From assembly GCA_964628055.1 (NCBI GenBank), contig CAZVNL010000001.1, forward strand, positions 4,114 to 68,113: DNA of 64,000 bases, given 5' to 3'. Source of the stretch: an uncultured bacterium. Lineage in GTDB: Bacteria; Fidelibacterota; Marinisomatia; Marinisomatales; TCS56. The translations under genes were made by a program, and so were the position numbers. The stretch's first letter is position 1. Every line of letters begins with the position of its first letter. This document shows positions 54,694 through 63,103 of this stretch, one piece after another. The notes below the pieces were generated by a model. It searched no databases, was not told where the DNA came from, and saw nothing but the letters and a program-made list of their open reading frames with translations.

Positions 54694-56004
54694 TCATGCC
54701 AAAACCTCATCGGACAGAAGTTCATTGGACGTGGGTTGACTCTGGCGCTGTTCGAGCATCTGGAAAAACGAGTCCAGGCGGTTTTTGATGTTGGAATAGG
54801 AATAATAACGGGGATCGACTAAATCAGTCTCGATAAAACCAACCGGTATTTGGAGTCGCTCTTCCAATTCACGCATGATGAACAATTGTCCGGCCGAAAA
54901 AGAATTACAACTCTTGATGGAATTCACCACAAATCCGTCAGCATGATAGCGTTTAATGAGCCCTTCAATGAGGTCAATCCGCTGGGGTAGGTTGCGATTG
55001 GTGTAACACCCCAGACAATAGTACGCCATACTCTCCAGGGGTTGGGTGGCAGAGTGGCGAAACCCATCGTCATAGATACCGCCCACCCGGGTATAAGTAG
55101 ACCCCACAAATACAGCGCCTAAATCGTAAAAGATTTTCCAAAAATTGCGAAAGTGCGTCCAGTTAGGAGGTCCTTCTATGACCAGACGAAACTTTTCTTC
55201 CCCAAGGGAACCTTCGGGTGTGATGGGACCCAACTTATTCGTGATGCGAAATTGAATTTCTTTAAGCAATTCCTGGTAGTACTCTACACAAACCCTGGTA
55301 CCCCGAAAGGCGGTAAAAATGGGACCAATGTAATATACACCACCAAAATAGGCGTCAATGGGTGACGGACGATGCCGGGCGGAATCGAAAACTTGAACTA
55401 AAAGATCCTCGGCTTGGGCGCTGAGGTCCATTTTCTCAACCAATAAATCACGGTCTAAACGCTTCCCGCTTACCTTCTGAAAAATGGGAATTACTTCGGT
55501 TTCCAATTGATTCACAATGTAACGAACCATGGACGGTTCTATCTGTTCCCCCTCCTGGTAAGGGACATGGAGCATGGCAATCTCGGTTTGCGGATAGAAT
55601 TGTTTCAGATTTTCAAACCACTTCATGAAGACAAAGCAGCCCGTGTAACTCAATAGTAAAATATCTGGTGGGGGAAGCTGCTGGCCGGTGGGTCCGATAT
55701 TCCCCTGAAGCATCATCCCTATATCACATTTAACATAGGAACACACGTCTTCCGGGTAACCCATGTCCTCGGCTTCCCGGATGTACCCGTGAGATTTTTT
55801 CCGCATTCCCGATTGCAAGGCGTTGATTTCGGGGTAAACAGGTAACATGTCAAAGGCCCCGATCAACTCCGTGAGATTCCCGGGGACGAAGGTGTAAACG
55901 ACTTTCTTTCCCGTTTCCCGCACCTGGGACAATTCCAGGAAATGCTGTGCCAGCATTTGCTTTTGCTTGAGCATACTGGTCTCTTTTTGTACCGTGGTAT
56001 TCAT
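54694..56004 (-). CDS. bcrB: Benzoyl-CoA reductase subunit B (BcrB/BadE-like)
   Basis: 436 aa of the 2-hydroxyacyl-CoA dehydratase/BCR family, with conserved Cys in DVCSYV, YTGCF and IKSCN. Second position of the C-B-A-D block. Confidence 0.8.
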   Translation of the reverse strand: MNTTVQKETSMLKQKQMLAQHFLELSQVRETGKKVVYTFVPGNLTELIGAFDMLPVYPEINALQSGMRKKSHGYIREAEDMGYPEDVCSYVKCDIGMMLQGNIGPTGQQLPPPDILLLSYTGCFVFMKWFENLKQFYPQTEIAMLHVPYQEGEQIEPSMVRYIVNQLETEVIPIFQKVSGKRLDRDLLVEKMDLSAQAEDLLVQVFDSARHRPSPIDAYFGGVYYIGPIFTAFRGTRVCVEYYQELLKEIQFRITNKLGPITPEGSLGEEKFRLVIEGPPNWTHFRNFWKIFYDLGAVFVGSTYTRVGGIYDDGFRHSATQPLESMAYYCLGCYTNRNLPQRIDLIEGLIKRYHADGFVVNSIKSCNSFSAGQLFIMRELEERLQIPVGFIETDLVDPRYYSYSNIKNRLDSFFQMLEQRQSQPTSNELLSDEVLA

Positions 56005-56060
56005 GGGATTAAGGTTACCGTTTCTTTATTACTTATGTTGTTGTTGGCCATTGTTCTTGG

Positions 56061-57227
56061 TTACTCCCATAATTTTATCATATCGGCAAAGGTACCGGCT
56101 TGCTCCTTGATGACGTGGAATTGTCCCAAATTTTCGTGATACTGGAAACTGAAATGCCGAATGTGTTGGCGATCCATGGCTTGCTCCAATTGGGGGCGAT
56201 CCAGGAGCGCCGGGTCACAAAAACTGGGGGCGCAGAAAATCACGCCATCCACCCGGTTGTCGGTGACGTATTGGGCAAACTTTTCGCTCTTAAGGTGATC
56301 CCGATCGTAAACCGCCGAGGAGAGGGCACTCTGGGTCAAATAGCTATGAACCAAAGCCCCCACCGGATCATCGGTATCGGTGGGAATCTCACCCTGGATC
56401 CAGGTGAGCCCCAGTTGCAGGTCATCATCAATAATGTAGCAACCGGCATTCTCAATGGTTTGCAGCAAACCAAGGGGGGGTTGTTCGCAAAAAGAGCCGG
56501 AAAGGACCACCCTGATTTTATCTTCCGGTTCTCGTTGAACTTGCGGGGCCAGGGACAAGATTGCCGTCAACAAACGGTTGTGAGCTTGAACCGAGATCAC
56601 ATTTCCCGCCCGGCGTAGCAAATAGTAATCCAGGACGGGAATAAGGTGTGGATATTCACTATGGAAGGAACTTACTTCCCTCAGCAAGCGCCGGTTTTTA
56701 TTGTATAACCGGATGGCTTTATTAAGGCGCTTAGTATCTATGGAAATCCCATTTAACGTTTGCAAGGAGTGCACCAACTGTTCTAACTCCGTGCGGTAAA
56801 ATTGCCCCCCCACCATTGGATCCATATTCTGGGGAAAATCTAAATAGCGAACATATTTGTCTTTAAACTTAAGTTTAAATATACCGGACAAGTTCCTGAT
56901 AACATCACAGATAGCGGGAAATAAAATACCGTCAAACTGATCTAAATGACCGCGGAGGGCCAATTCGATGACGGTGCGGGGAAGATGGCAAATGTAGCTC
57001 TGGAAATAGGCATCACCGTGAACGACGGGGAGCCGATCCCCGGCCCCGAAGATACCCACCGGCAGCATTTCGCCGGCCACAATGATTTCCCGGGGTACAT
57101 ATATGGGTAGGAACCCGATGATACGTCGGGATGGCTTCTGCTTTTTCCATTTCCGGGCATAGCTAAACGTGAGATCATCCACCCACTGGCGCGTCTGTTG
57201 GATCGCCGACTGGTAATCAGGAAACAT
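56061..57227 (-). CDS. bcrC: Benzoyl-CoA reductase subunit C (BcrC/BadD-like)
   Basis: ~388 aa from MFPDYQ (the longest ORF starts at 57278 and overlaps marR by 62 nt). Dehydratase-family fold with Cys in SYICHL, AICDV and PSFCDP. Confidence 0.75.
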   Translation of the reverse strand: MFPDYQSAIQQTRQWVDDLTFSYARKWKKQKPSRRIIGFLPIYVPREIIVAGEMLPVGIFGAGDRLPVVHGDAYFQSYICHLPRTVIELALRGHLDQFDGILFPAICDVIRNLSGIFKLKFKDKYVRYLDFPQNMDPMVGGQFYRTELEQLVHSLQTLNGISIDTKRLNKAIRLYNKNRRLLREVSSFHSEYPHLIPVLDYYLLRRAGNVISVQAHNRLLTAILSLAPQVQREPEDKIRVVLSGSFCEQPPLGLLQTIENAGCYIIDDDLQLGLTWIQGEIPTDTDDPVGALVHSYLTQSALSSAVYDRDHLKSEKFAQYVTDNRVDGVIFCAPSFCDPALLDRPQLEQAMDRQHIRHFSFQYHENLGQFHVIKEQAGTFADMIKLWE

Positions 57228-57663
57228 TCGCCGTGTCCGTATTGTTGGCTTGTCTCCAGATTCGATTGAGCATGTCACGAAAAGAACCTAATTCATCGGG
57301 AGACAACTGCTGGATGAGTTCCTGATCTGTGGTGGCGACCACGTCCTCAAATTCCTTTAGAAGCTGGCGCCCTTTATCGGTGAGCCACAAATGAATAACC
57401 CGGCGATCTCTGGCAGTACGTTTCCGCACAACGTATCCATCTTTCTCTAAGCGGTCCGCCAAGCCAGTGATGGCCGGTTTGTCCAAAAATACCCGCTTCC
57501 CAATTTCTGACAGCGATAACCCGTCGGTCTGGGCCAGCGTGTTAAGGACACTATGTTGGGAGGAAGTGATGCCATACTCGGATAGACGGGCATCCAGAAC
57601 CTTTTTCATGCTACGGGCGGTGCGAACAACTAAAAAACCGGTGCTCTGTTCGTCAGAACTCAT
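57217..57663 (-). CDS. MarR-family transcriptional regulator (BadR-like position at the head of the operon)
   Basis: 148 aa with a winged HTH (LSLSEIGKRVFLDKPAITGLADRLEKDGYVVRKRTARDRR). Confidence 0.85.
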   Translation of the reverse strand: MSSDEQSTGFLVVRTARSMKKVLDARLSEYGITSSQHSVLNTLAQTDGLSLSEIGKRVFLDKPAITGLADRLEKDGYVVRKRTARDRRVIHLWLTDKGRQLLKEFEDVVATTDQELIQQLSPDELGSFRDMLNRIWRQANNTDTANVS

Positions 57664-57757
57664 ACAAAAAAGGGTGACTTGTAGGATGGTAGAGAGTTGA
57701 CCAGGTTCACTTTCATTGGGATAAGCCCTGATAATGCGGTCTCATGGGGAAATAAAT

Positions 57758-57777
57758 ATAGTTAACGTATTAACTAT
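57758..57777. promoter_or_regulatory. Candidate MarR operator: 8-bp perfect inverted repeat
   Basis: ATAGTTAA-cgta-TTAACTAT, ~95-115 nt upstream of the marR ATG in an AT-rich 205-bp intergenic region. Confidence 0.45.
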
Positions 57778-57868
57778 TTACAAGTGAACTTTACGCCGCC
57801 AAGGCAACTAATTCATGGGAGAGAAAAGTGCTGGTGGGAAAAAGGGTATGTGGATTAGGGATGCGTAC

Positions 57869-58501
57869 CTAAATCCACTGAAGGATACCCATAAACACGA
57901 TTAGGCCGAGAATCACCAAGGAGTAAATTATCCCTATGCCGCGTAGTTTTTGTTTTATAGTGGGTAGATCATAGACCCAAAAGCTCACGAGAAAGAACGT
58001 AAGGTAACCAAAGAGAAAAATGAGATAGGGAGCGCCTCGATTCCACCAGGAGTATTCCCAGGTTAGGGCCCCAACGGCATTCAAACCGTACTCAATAATC
58101 ACACAAAACAGGGATCCTGTTATGGCAATAAAAATACGGTTGGGAATTCTTAAGACGGTATCTTTTTGGTTGGGCAGCAGAAACTTACTGAAGACAATCC
58201 CGGCAATGGAAAACATAAAGGCAATCTCAATATTCAAGCCGATAAGGATTAAGTAGGCCGTATCCCCAGGGGTTCCCCATACGGGTGCATATTGAGTAAA
58301 ATGAAAGATTAATCCATTCACGATCTCATTAATCCAGTCCATACCCCAGAAGGCCAGGCCAGCGAACACAGCATTCCAATTACGTTGTTCCACCTCGCGA
58401 GCATAGACGTAGACCACAAAGGCAAAGAGGGGTATTACATACCACTGGAATAGGCTTTCATCACGAAGGATGGCCAGGGCATCGGCGGCCGACTTAGTCA
58501 T
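57869..58501 (-). CDS. Hypothetical polytopic membrane protein
   Basis: 210 aa with ~6 predicted TM helices rich in aromatic residues. No recognisable motif. Confidence 0.5.
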   Translation of the reverse strand: MTKSAADALAILRDESLFQWYVIPLFAFVVYVYAREVEQRNWNAVFAGLAFWGMDWINEIVNGLIFHFTQYAPVWGTPGDTAYLILIGLNIEIAFMFSIAGIVFSKFLLPNQKDTVLRIPNRIFIAITGSLFCVIIEYGLNAVGALTWEYSWWNRGAPYLIFLFGYLTFFLVSFWVYDLPTIKQKLRGIGIIYSLVILGLIVFMGILQWI

Positions 58502-58527
58502 GATGAGCTTTCCTTATTCGAGTAGGT

Positions 58528-60333
58528 TTATTCCGCGGGGAGTTTTAAATAGAAAGCATTCCCGGTTGGATTATTCGGTTCCACCCAGACTTCCCCTTCA
58601 TGGGCGCGGGCAATTCGCTGTGCGATGGCCAGTCCCAATCCGCGACCACGCTTCCGCCCCTCCCCTAACTGCGTTCGTCGTTCGAAAATGCGACGATAGT
58701 CATCCCGGGCGATTGGTGTACCAAAATCCTTTACGGCAACAATAATATTGTCATCCTGACGTTGAGCTTCCACGACAATTGTCTTTCCCTCCCGGGCGTA
58801 CTTGATGGCATTGCTGAGATAATTCTTTATTACTTCGGATATTAGAAGGTTCGCTTTTACGGGTAGGGGCCCATCTACCCTCTTCTCCACGGTCATACCT
58901 GCGTCTTCCAGCGCTAGGCTGAACTCCTTAATAGTATCCTGAATCACCGCGGCTAAATCGATGTGTTCCTTCTCAATTTCTTCATTTAAGGCTACCTTAC
59001 TCAAGGTAATAGCATTTCTAATGACCTGTAATAAGCTGTCACTGCTGTCCTTGATCAAATCAACCATTTCATTCCCTGGAAATTCATCCTGCATGACTTC
59101 TGTCATTCCTTGAATAACTCCGGCGGGATTCTTTAAATCGTGAGTAATTATATCCAGGAGTAAATCTTTCATTTCATTCGTAGCTGCCAATTGTTCTGAC
59201 AAGGAATGGTAATGACTTTCAGAACGTTTTAAGTCCTCGATATACTGTTTACGCTCCTTAATGCTATGAAAAGCCATTACGCTCCCTATCAATTTCCCCT
59301 TTTGCTTCATGGGTTTAACTACATAAGCTATCGGTATTTTCTTACCAGCTCCCGTCCAAAATACGTCATCATAATTTTCATATTCTTTTCCAGTGACAAT
59401 AGCCCGATATAAAGTACATTTGTCCGCGTGGCTCTTTGATTTCTTTTTTATAGGTGGACAATGAATCGTAGCGTGGATATTTTTACCTAAAAGTTGTCCT
59501 TTTGGATAACCCAAGGTTTGTTCTGCTTCAGGGTTTAAGTAGGTAAACATGCCAGTAGATGAAATGACACCCACACCTTCCCCGATGGTAGATGTAATGC
59601 CCTTTAACCATGCTTCACTGGTTCGTAAATCCTCCACAGCTTTCTGGATATTATTAGCCATGATATTAAAGGCATGGGCCAGTTTACCGACTTCGTCATG
59701 ATTATCGGTCGGTAGATGTACATCGTATTTCCCTTCTGCAACGTAACGGGCAGCAGCCTCCAGTTGGAGAATCGGTTTGGAAAAAAAGTGACTGAACGCC
59801 AAGGCAATTGTAATTCCCAAGGACAAAATCAACCCTATCGTGATAAGGGTTGTCCGTGTGTTTTTCCGAATCCAGGCGTTCATAGGCTTGAGGGAATAAC
59901 CTAAAAATAGAGTCCCGTAATAGGAGTCTTTATATTTAATGAGAACCGAAGTATGATACAGATTATCCTTTTGAATGTTAGTAGAGGTCTGTAACCAGGT
60001 ATTCACTTCGAGCGGTAAGTTATAAGGATTATAGTTGGCAAACATGGTTCCATCACTATCCACCAGGGCAATGTAGAGAAGGTTCGTGTCCCGTTTGGCC
60101 CAGTTTACCATCTCTGAAACAGCAGAAAAATCGTGACTATTTAAAGCCATTCCGGTTCCCAGGGCTACCATCTCGGCCATACCGATGATTTTATTCTCTA
60201 ATGCTGTGACAATCTGTTGGCGTTGCTGCTGGGGATAGTAAGTAAAGATAAATATTGAAATAGGCAGAAGGGTAACCACCGCACTCACCAGGAATTTGAT
60301 TCGAATGGGGAGCGATGCTAAAAACTTCCTCAC
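58528..60333 (-). CDS. Sensor histidine kinase (periplasmic sensor - HAMP - PAS - HisKA - HATPase_c)
   Basis: 601 aa with two TM helices flanking a ~150-aa extracytoplasmic domain and a HAMP domain (HDEVGKLAHAFNIMANNI). Also has a PAS-like region, H-box ITHDLKNP, N-box NAIKYA and G-box GLGLAIA. Confidence 0.88.
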   Translation of the reverse strand: MRKFLASLPIRIKFLVSAVVTLLPISIFIFTYYPQQQRQQIVTALENKIIGMAEMVALGTGMALNSHDFSAVSEMVNWAKRDTNLLYIALVDSDGTMFANYNPYNLPLEVNTWLQTSTNIQKDNLYHTSVLIKYKDSYYGTLFLGYSLKPMNAWIRKNTRTTLITIGLILSLGITIALAFSHFFSKPILQLEAAARYVAEGKYDVHLPTDNHDEVGKLAHAFNIMANNIQKAVEDLRTSEAWLKGITSTIGEGVGVISSTGMFTYLNPEAEQTLGYPKGQLLGKNIHATIHCPPIKKKSKSHADKCTLYRAIVTGKEYENYDDVFWTGAGKKIPIAYVVKPMKQKGKLIGSVMAFHSIKERKQYIEDLKRSESHYHSLSEQLAATNEMKDLLLDIITHDLKNPAGVIQGMTEVMQDEFPGNEMVDLIKDSSDSLLQVIRNAITLSKVALNEEIEKEHIDLAAVIQDTIKEFSLALEDAGMTVEKRVDGPLPVKANLLISEVIKNYLSNAIKYAREGKTIVVEAQRQDDNIIVAVKDFGTPIARDDYRRIFERRTQLGEGRKRGRGLGLAIAQRIARAHEGEVWVEPNNPTGNAFYLKLPAE

Positions 60334-60343
60334 CGAACGTTCA

Positions 60344-60832
60344 CTACTGAGCTTTGGGGGGATTCAACAAATAGCCGGGTTCGCCGGGACGTTTACCGTC
60401 GATAGTCAGGATTTTCATAGTGGAATCTACCATGGAAGGGATACTAAAGAGAATTGCCCCAGAGTTATTCTGTATAAATTCTTTAATCTCGTCACTTTTT
60501 TTCAGTTCCGCCGGGGGCGTTGCCATCCCCCCCGAAAAGACCACGCTGATCCAATACTTTCTAATATTCATAGGCGTTTTGTTTACTAGAATACGGTAAA
60601 ACCTCTCGGAACACTGATCAAATTCTCCTAAAACAACGTGTTTACCATTGGGGAAAATGGTGATTTTACCCAGATAGATTTTTTGTAGGGTAGTTGTGGA
60701 GATGTCCTCCAAAGAATTATCTTTATTTACAACCACAACAATAGTGTCTAACCCTGTTAGGGAAGCTAATACAACCTTTGCAGGGATTAACATTAAAGCG
60801 AAGGAGATGACGAATTTTAAACCTACTTTCAT
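60344..60832 (-). CDS. Small periplasmic PstS/PBP-like_2 half-domain protein
   Basis: 162 aa with a signal peptide. VVVVNKDNSLEDISTTTLQKIYLGKIT resembles the phosphate-binding-protein-like fold but at about half the usual length. Confidence 0.5.
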   Translation of the reverse strand: MKVGLKFVISFALMLIPAKVVLASLTGLDTIVVVVNKDNSLEDISTTTLQKIYLGKITIFPNGKHVVLGEFDQCSERFYRILVNKTPMNIRKYWISVVFSGGMATPPAELKKSDEIKEFIQNNSGAILFSIPSMVDSTMKILTIDGKRPGEPGYLLNPPKAQ

Positions 60833-60835
60833 TTC

Positions 60836-61888
60836 TCAAAACGCAACGGCTATAGAAGTAAGGTAAATTTCATATGGATCGAGTTTAGGATCACCAAAAC
60901 GGTGAAAATGGAGTTCGTTTTTAAAATAAACCTGGGAGGTTATTGTAATGTTTAGCCCATAACTCTGGACCACGGTCCCATCTCCGTCCATAGATTTCCG
61001 GGGATCAAAGTAGTCGTACCTTACAAAGGGTATAAAGCGATCTTTCATCGTATAAGATAATTGAATATAATATCCTGACTGGCGAATAAAGGTACCGTTA
61101 GGACGTTTGTTTTCATCGACTTTTTCTCCCTTAGTAATTATATATTCTGTTTCCAGGTCAAAACGAGGAAAGTCCAGATCCAGGTCGAAGGCCAGGGCAC
61201 GCTGGTCAGTATTGTAGGCATTTCCATTCTTATCCTGGTAATAAGAAAGGCCTAACTGGAGAGGTTCGAAAGGAGGATTAAGGATAATACGGCCTCCAAT
61301 TCCTTTATTGGCATTATTATCCCGTTGATCCGGATTAGGTCCCCGTCCATTGGTGAAATATAGGTAGTAGGTGAATTCCCAACTACGGAGATATAACGTA
61401 CCTGTACTTTGAATTCCGGTAAGGTATTTGGCGTATAATAAGGTTGTATCTCCCACGGAATTTTCATGTTTACCGTATAATGATGGGGGTAGTTTGGTGG
61501 ACAAATAAGTGGGGGTAGCATCATACATAATGCCATAAATACCAAACGGTACCAATATTTTGCCAAACTGGAATTTGAGTTTATCAGAAAGCATCATTTC
61601 CAGCCAGGCCCGTGTTAAGTAAATTTTACCCGTACTGGGACCATCGGCTTCAATCGTGGCCCCGTGTTCCCATTCCATTTCGGTGAATAGACGGAAATTC
61701 TTAGGCAACCGATAGATAGAAATAAAATTTAAATGGTGTTGATCAAAGGTGAAATTTTTTGCCTGGGCATCCTTGTTGCTCACTTCCCCTTCCAGGTCAA
61801 AATAGCCATAAAATTTAATCCGTGAGTTCTGGGCAAAACCAAGGGCGATGATTGAGAATATCAGGCAGTAAAGTACAAGGGTACGCAT
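60836..61888 (-). CDS. Putative outer-membrane porin (OprO/P-like beta-barrel)
   Basis: ~350 aa from MRTLVLYCLIF... with a signal peptide (GFAQ). Alternating beta-strand pattern and a C-terminal ...LTSIAVAF. Confidence 0.55.
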   Translation of the reverse strand: MRTLVLYCLIFSIIALGFAQNSRIKFYGYFDLEGEVSNKDAQAKNFTFDQHHLNFISIYRLPKNFRLFTEMEWEHGATIEADGPSTGKIYLTRAWLEMMLSDKLKFQFGKILVPFGIYGIMYDATPTYLSTKLPPSLYGKHENSVGDTTLLYAKYLTGIQSTGTLYLRSWEFTYYLYFTNGRGPNPDQRDNNANKGIGGRIILNPPFEPLQLGLSYYQDKNGNAYNTDQRALAFDLDLDFPRFDLETEYIITKGEKVDENKRPNGTFIRQSGYYIQLSYTMKDRFIPFVRYDYFDPRKSMDGDGTVVQSYGLNITITSQVYFKNELHFHRFGDPKLDPYEIYLTSIAVAF

Positions 61889-62202
61889 GGGGGTATCTCT
61901 TACTATGATATTTTTACCAGGACGCAAAGCATGTTTCGATTTTTTCAGATGAATTATTCAGTACTTTTATGGATATGTTTCATCATCAAGTTTGGAGCGC
62001 TCATCAGAACCCAAAAGTTGGTTACAGTGGGTATTACCGTTTATCTTCGGTGGATTCCCCTGTAAATGTTATTTCCTTGGTTCAGATCCGGTAGCTATTT
62101 TAACGCAACTTGACGAATTAGATCAAACAGGATTCAGAAAATATCAATGATCAATCCATCTTAGGGAAATGACAGTTACGATAGAATAACAATTAACAGG
62201 AA

Positions 62203-62805
62203 TTAAAGGGCCAATAAAATGAGGATTCCGCCTAATATAAAGCCGATGCCGAACGGTTTTGCGTGGTGAAGGACAAAGTCATCCACGTCGGTATGCATTT
62301 TTTCTAGAGGCAGGATCATCAGGCGGGTGGAAATCCAACGATTGAAATAGGTGGATATTCTTTGTACGCTTTGCTGATTAACAATGAGCAGGATCCAGAG
62401 GGGAATCCCTGCTAAAACGAAAATAAAGAAGAAAGCTTTCAGGAAGGATAGCGTGATATCCAGGAATAATACCTGCCAAGGAGCCATAGCTTTAGGGTTG
62501 ATCATCGCTCCCGTAGGGAAATGGAAAGCTACTAGATACAAACAAAATATTGACGCCAAAGACAATAACCACCCCCAAAAACGGTGGTGTTTGAAAAAGT
62601 AGGATTCCGTTTCATGCATAATTTCCAAGGGCTTCATCGGTCGACGCGTGGAATACCATTTATTAAGCTTTGTATTCCAACTTTTTAATGTGTGGGGAGT
62701 CAGCAATAATATTAAACCGAGAATAATAGCTATCAGGGCACCCAAGTAAAAGAGTGAGCTTAAAACTTCCAAAAGAATCGTATTATTATTCATCCCACCA
62801 ACCAT
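62203..62805 (-). CDS. Hypothetical membrane protein made of two tandem copies of a TM-loop-TM module
   Basis: 200 aa. The two halves align: LTPHTLKSWNTKLNKWYSTRRPMKPLEIMHETESYFFKHHRFWG versus NQQSVQRISTYFNRWISTRLMILPLEKMHTDVDDFVLHHAKPFG. Confidence 0.5.
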   Translation of the reverse strand: MVGGMNNNTILLEVLSSLFYLGALIAIILGLILLLTPHTLKSWNTKLNKWYSTRRPMKPLEIMHETESYFFKHHRFWGWLLSLASIFCLYLVAFHFPTGAMINPKAMAPWQVLFLDITLSFLKAFFFIFVLAGIPLWILLIVNQQSVQRISTYFNRWISTRLMILPLEKMHTDVDDFVLHHAKPFGIGFILGGILILLAL

Positions 62806-62866
62806 GGGATGGTCACTCCATCAGAAAGAGTTCGATTAACACGAATTTCCTTAGAAGTGTGTACGA

Positions 62867-63076
62867 TTAAGGAATATAATAGTATCGATATATCATAAAC
62901 GCCCCTGCCAAGATTAAAAAGACACCGAAGATTAGCCTCTGGGAAAAAATAACATCGTCAATCGCCAGTATTCGGTTTAGAACTTCCCCTGCTTTTAATA
63001 ATGCCTTCGGGGACAGCAAAAGCAATACTCCGGTGAGAAATACTAAAATTCCCAGTATTAATAAAACTAATTGCAT
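62867..63076 (-). CDS. Small two-TM membrane protein, single short copy of the same module
   Basis: 69 aa. LLLLSPKALLKAGEVLNRILAIDDVIFSQRLIFGVFLILAG resembles each half of the downstream 200-aa protein. Confidence 0.45.
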   Translation of the reverse strand: MQLVLLILGILVFLTGVLLLLSPKALLKAGEVLNRILAIDDVIFSQRLIFGVFLILAGAFMIYRYYYIP

Positions 63077-63103
63077 GTTCCTTCCTTTCTCACTGTAGGT
63101 TGC

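Noticed and set aside
53352-54725. Longest-ORF starts for bcrA (54725), hcrC (39703), pepA (23993), the porin (61927) and the DUF35 gene (13241)
   Set aside because: The N-terminal extensions are non-homologous, basic or low-complexity. They would overlap the upstream gene by tens of nt, or by over 120 nt for the DUF35 gene. Internal ATGs give canonical N-termini (MKVFLGIDLGS, METVTFTVNG, MAYLKAIL, MRTLVLY signal peptide, MKTMKRG at an ATGA junction).
34174-57663. Aromatic operon as a compositionally distinct, horizontally acquired island
   Set aside because: Hand counts on a few 60-nt lines gave roughly 43-67% GC inside the operon versus 30-47% in several flanking genes. However, other core-metabolism genes outside it are equally GC-rich (the thiolase-like gene at 12.3 kb gave ~60%). 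The heterogeneity looks gene-specific, and a proper sliding-window or codon-usage analysis is needed before claiming HGT.
61931-62062. 43-aa hydrophobic plus-strand ORF (MFRFFQMNYSVLLWICFIIKFGALIRTQKLVTVGITVYLRWIPL) in the 314-bp gap
   Set aside because: It is below any reasonable evidence threshold, with no RBS-like context, no homology I can recognise, and an orientation opposite to all neighbours. Noted only as a possible small membrane peptide.
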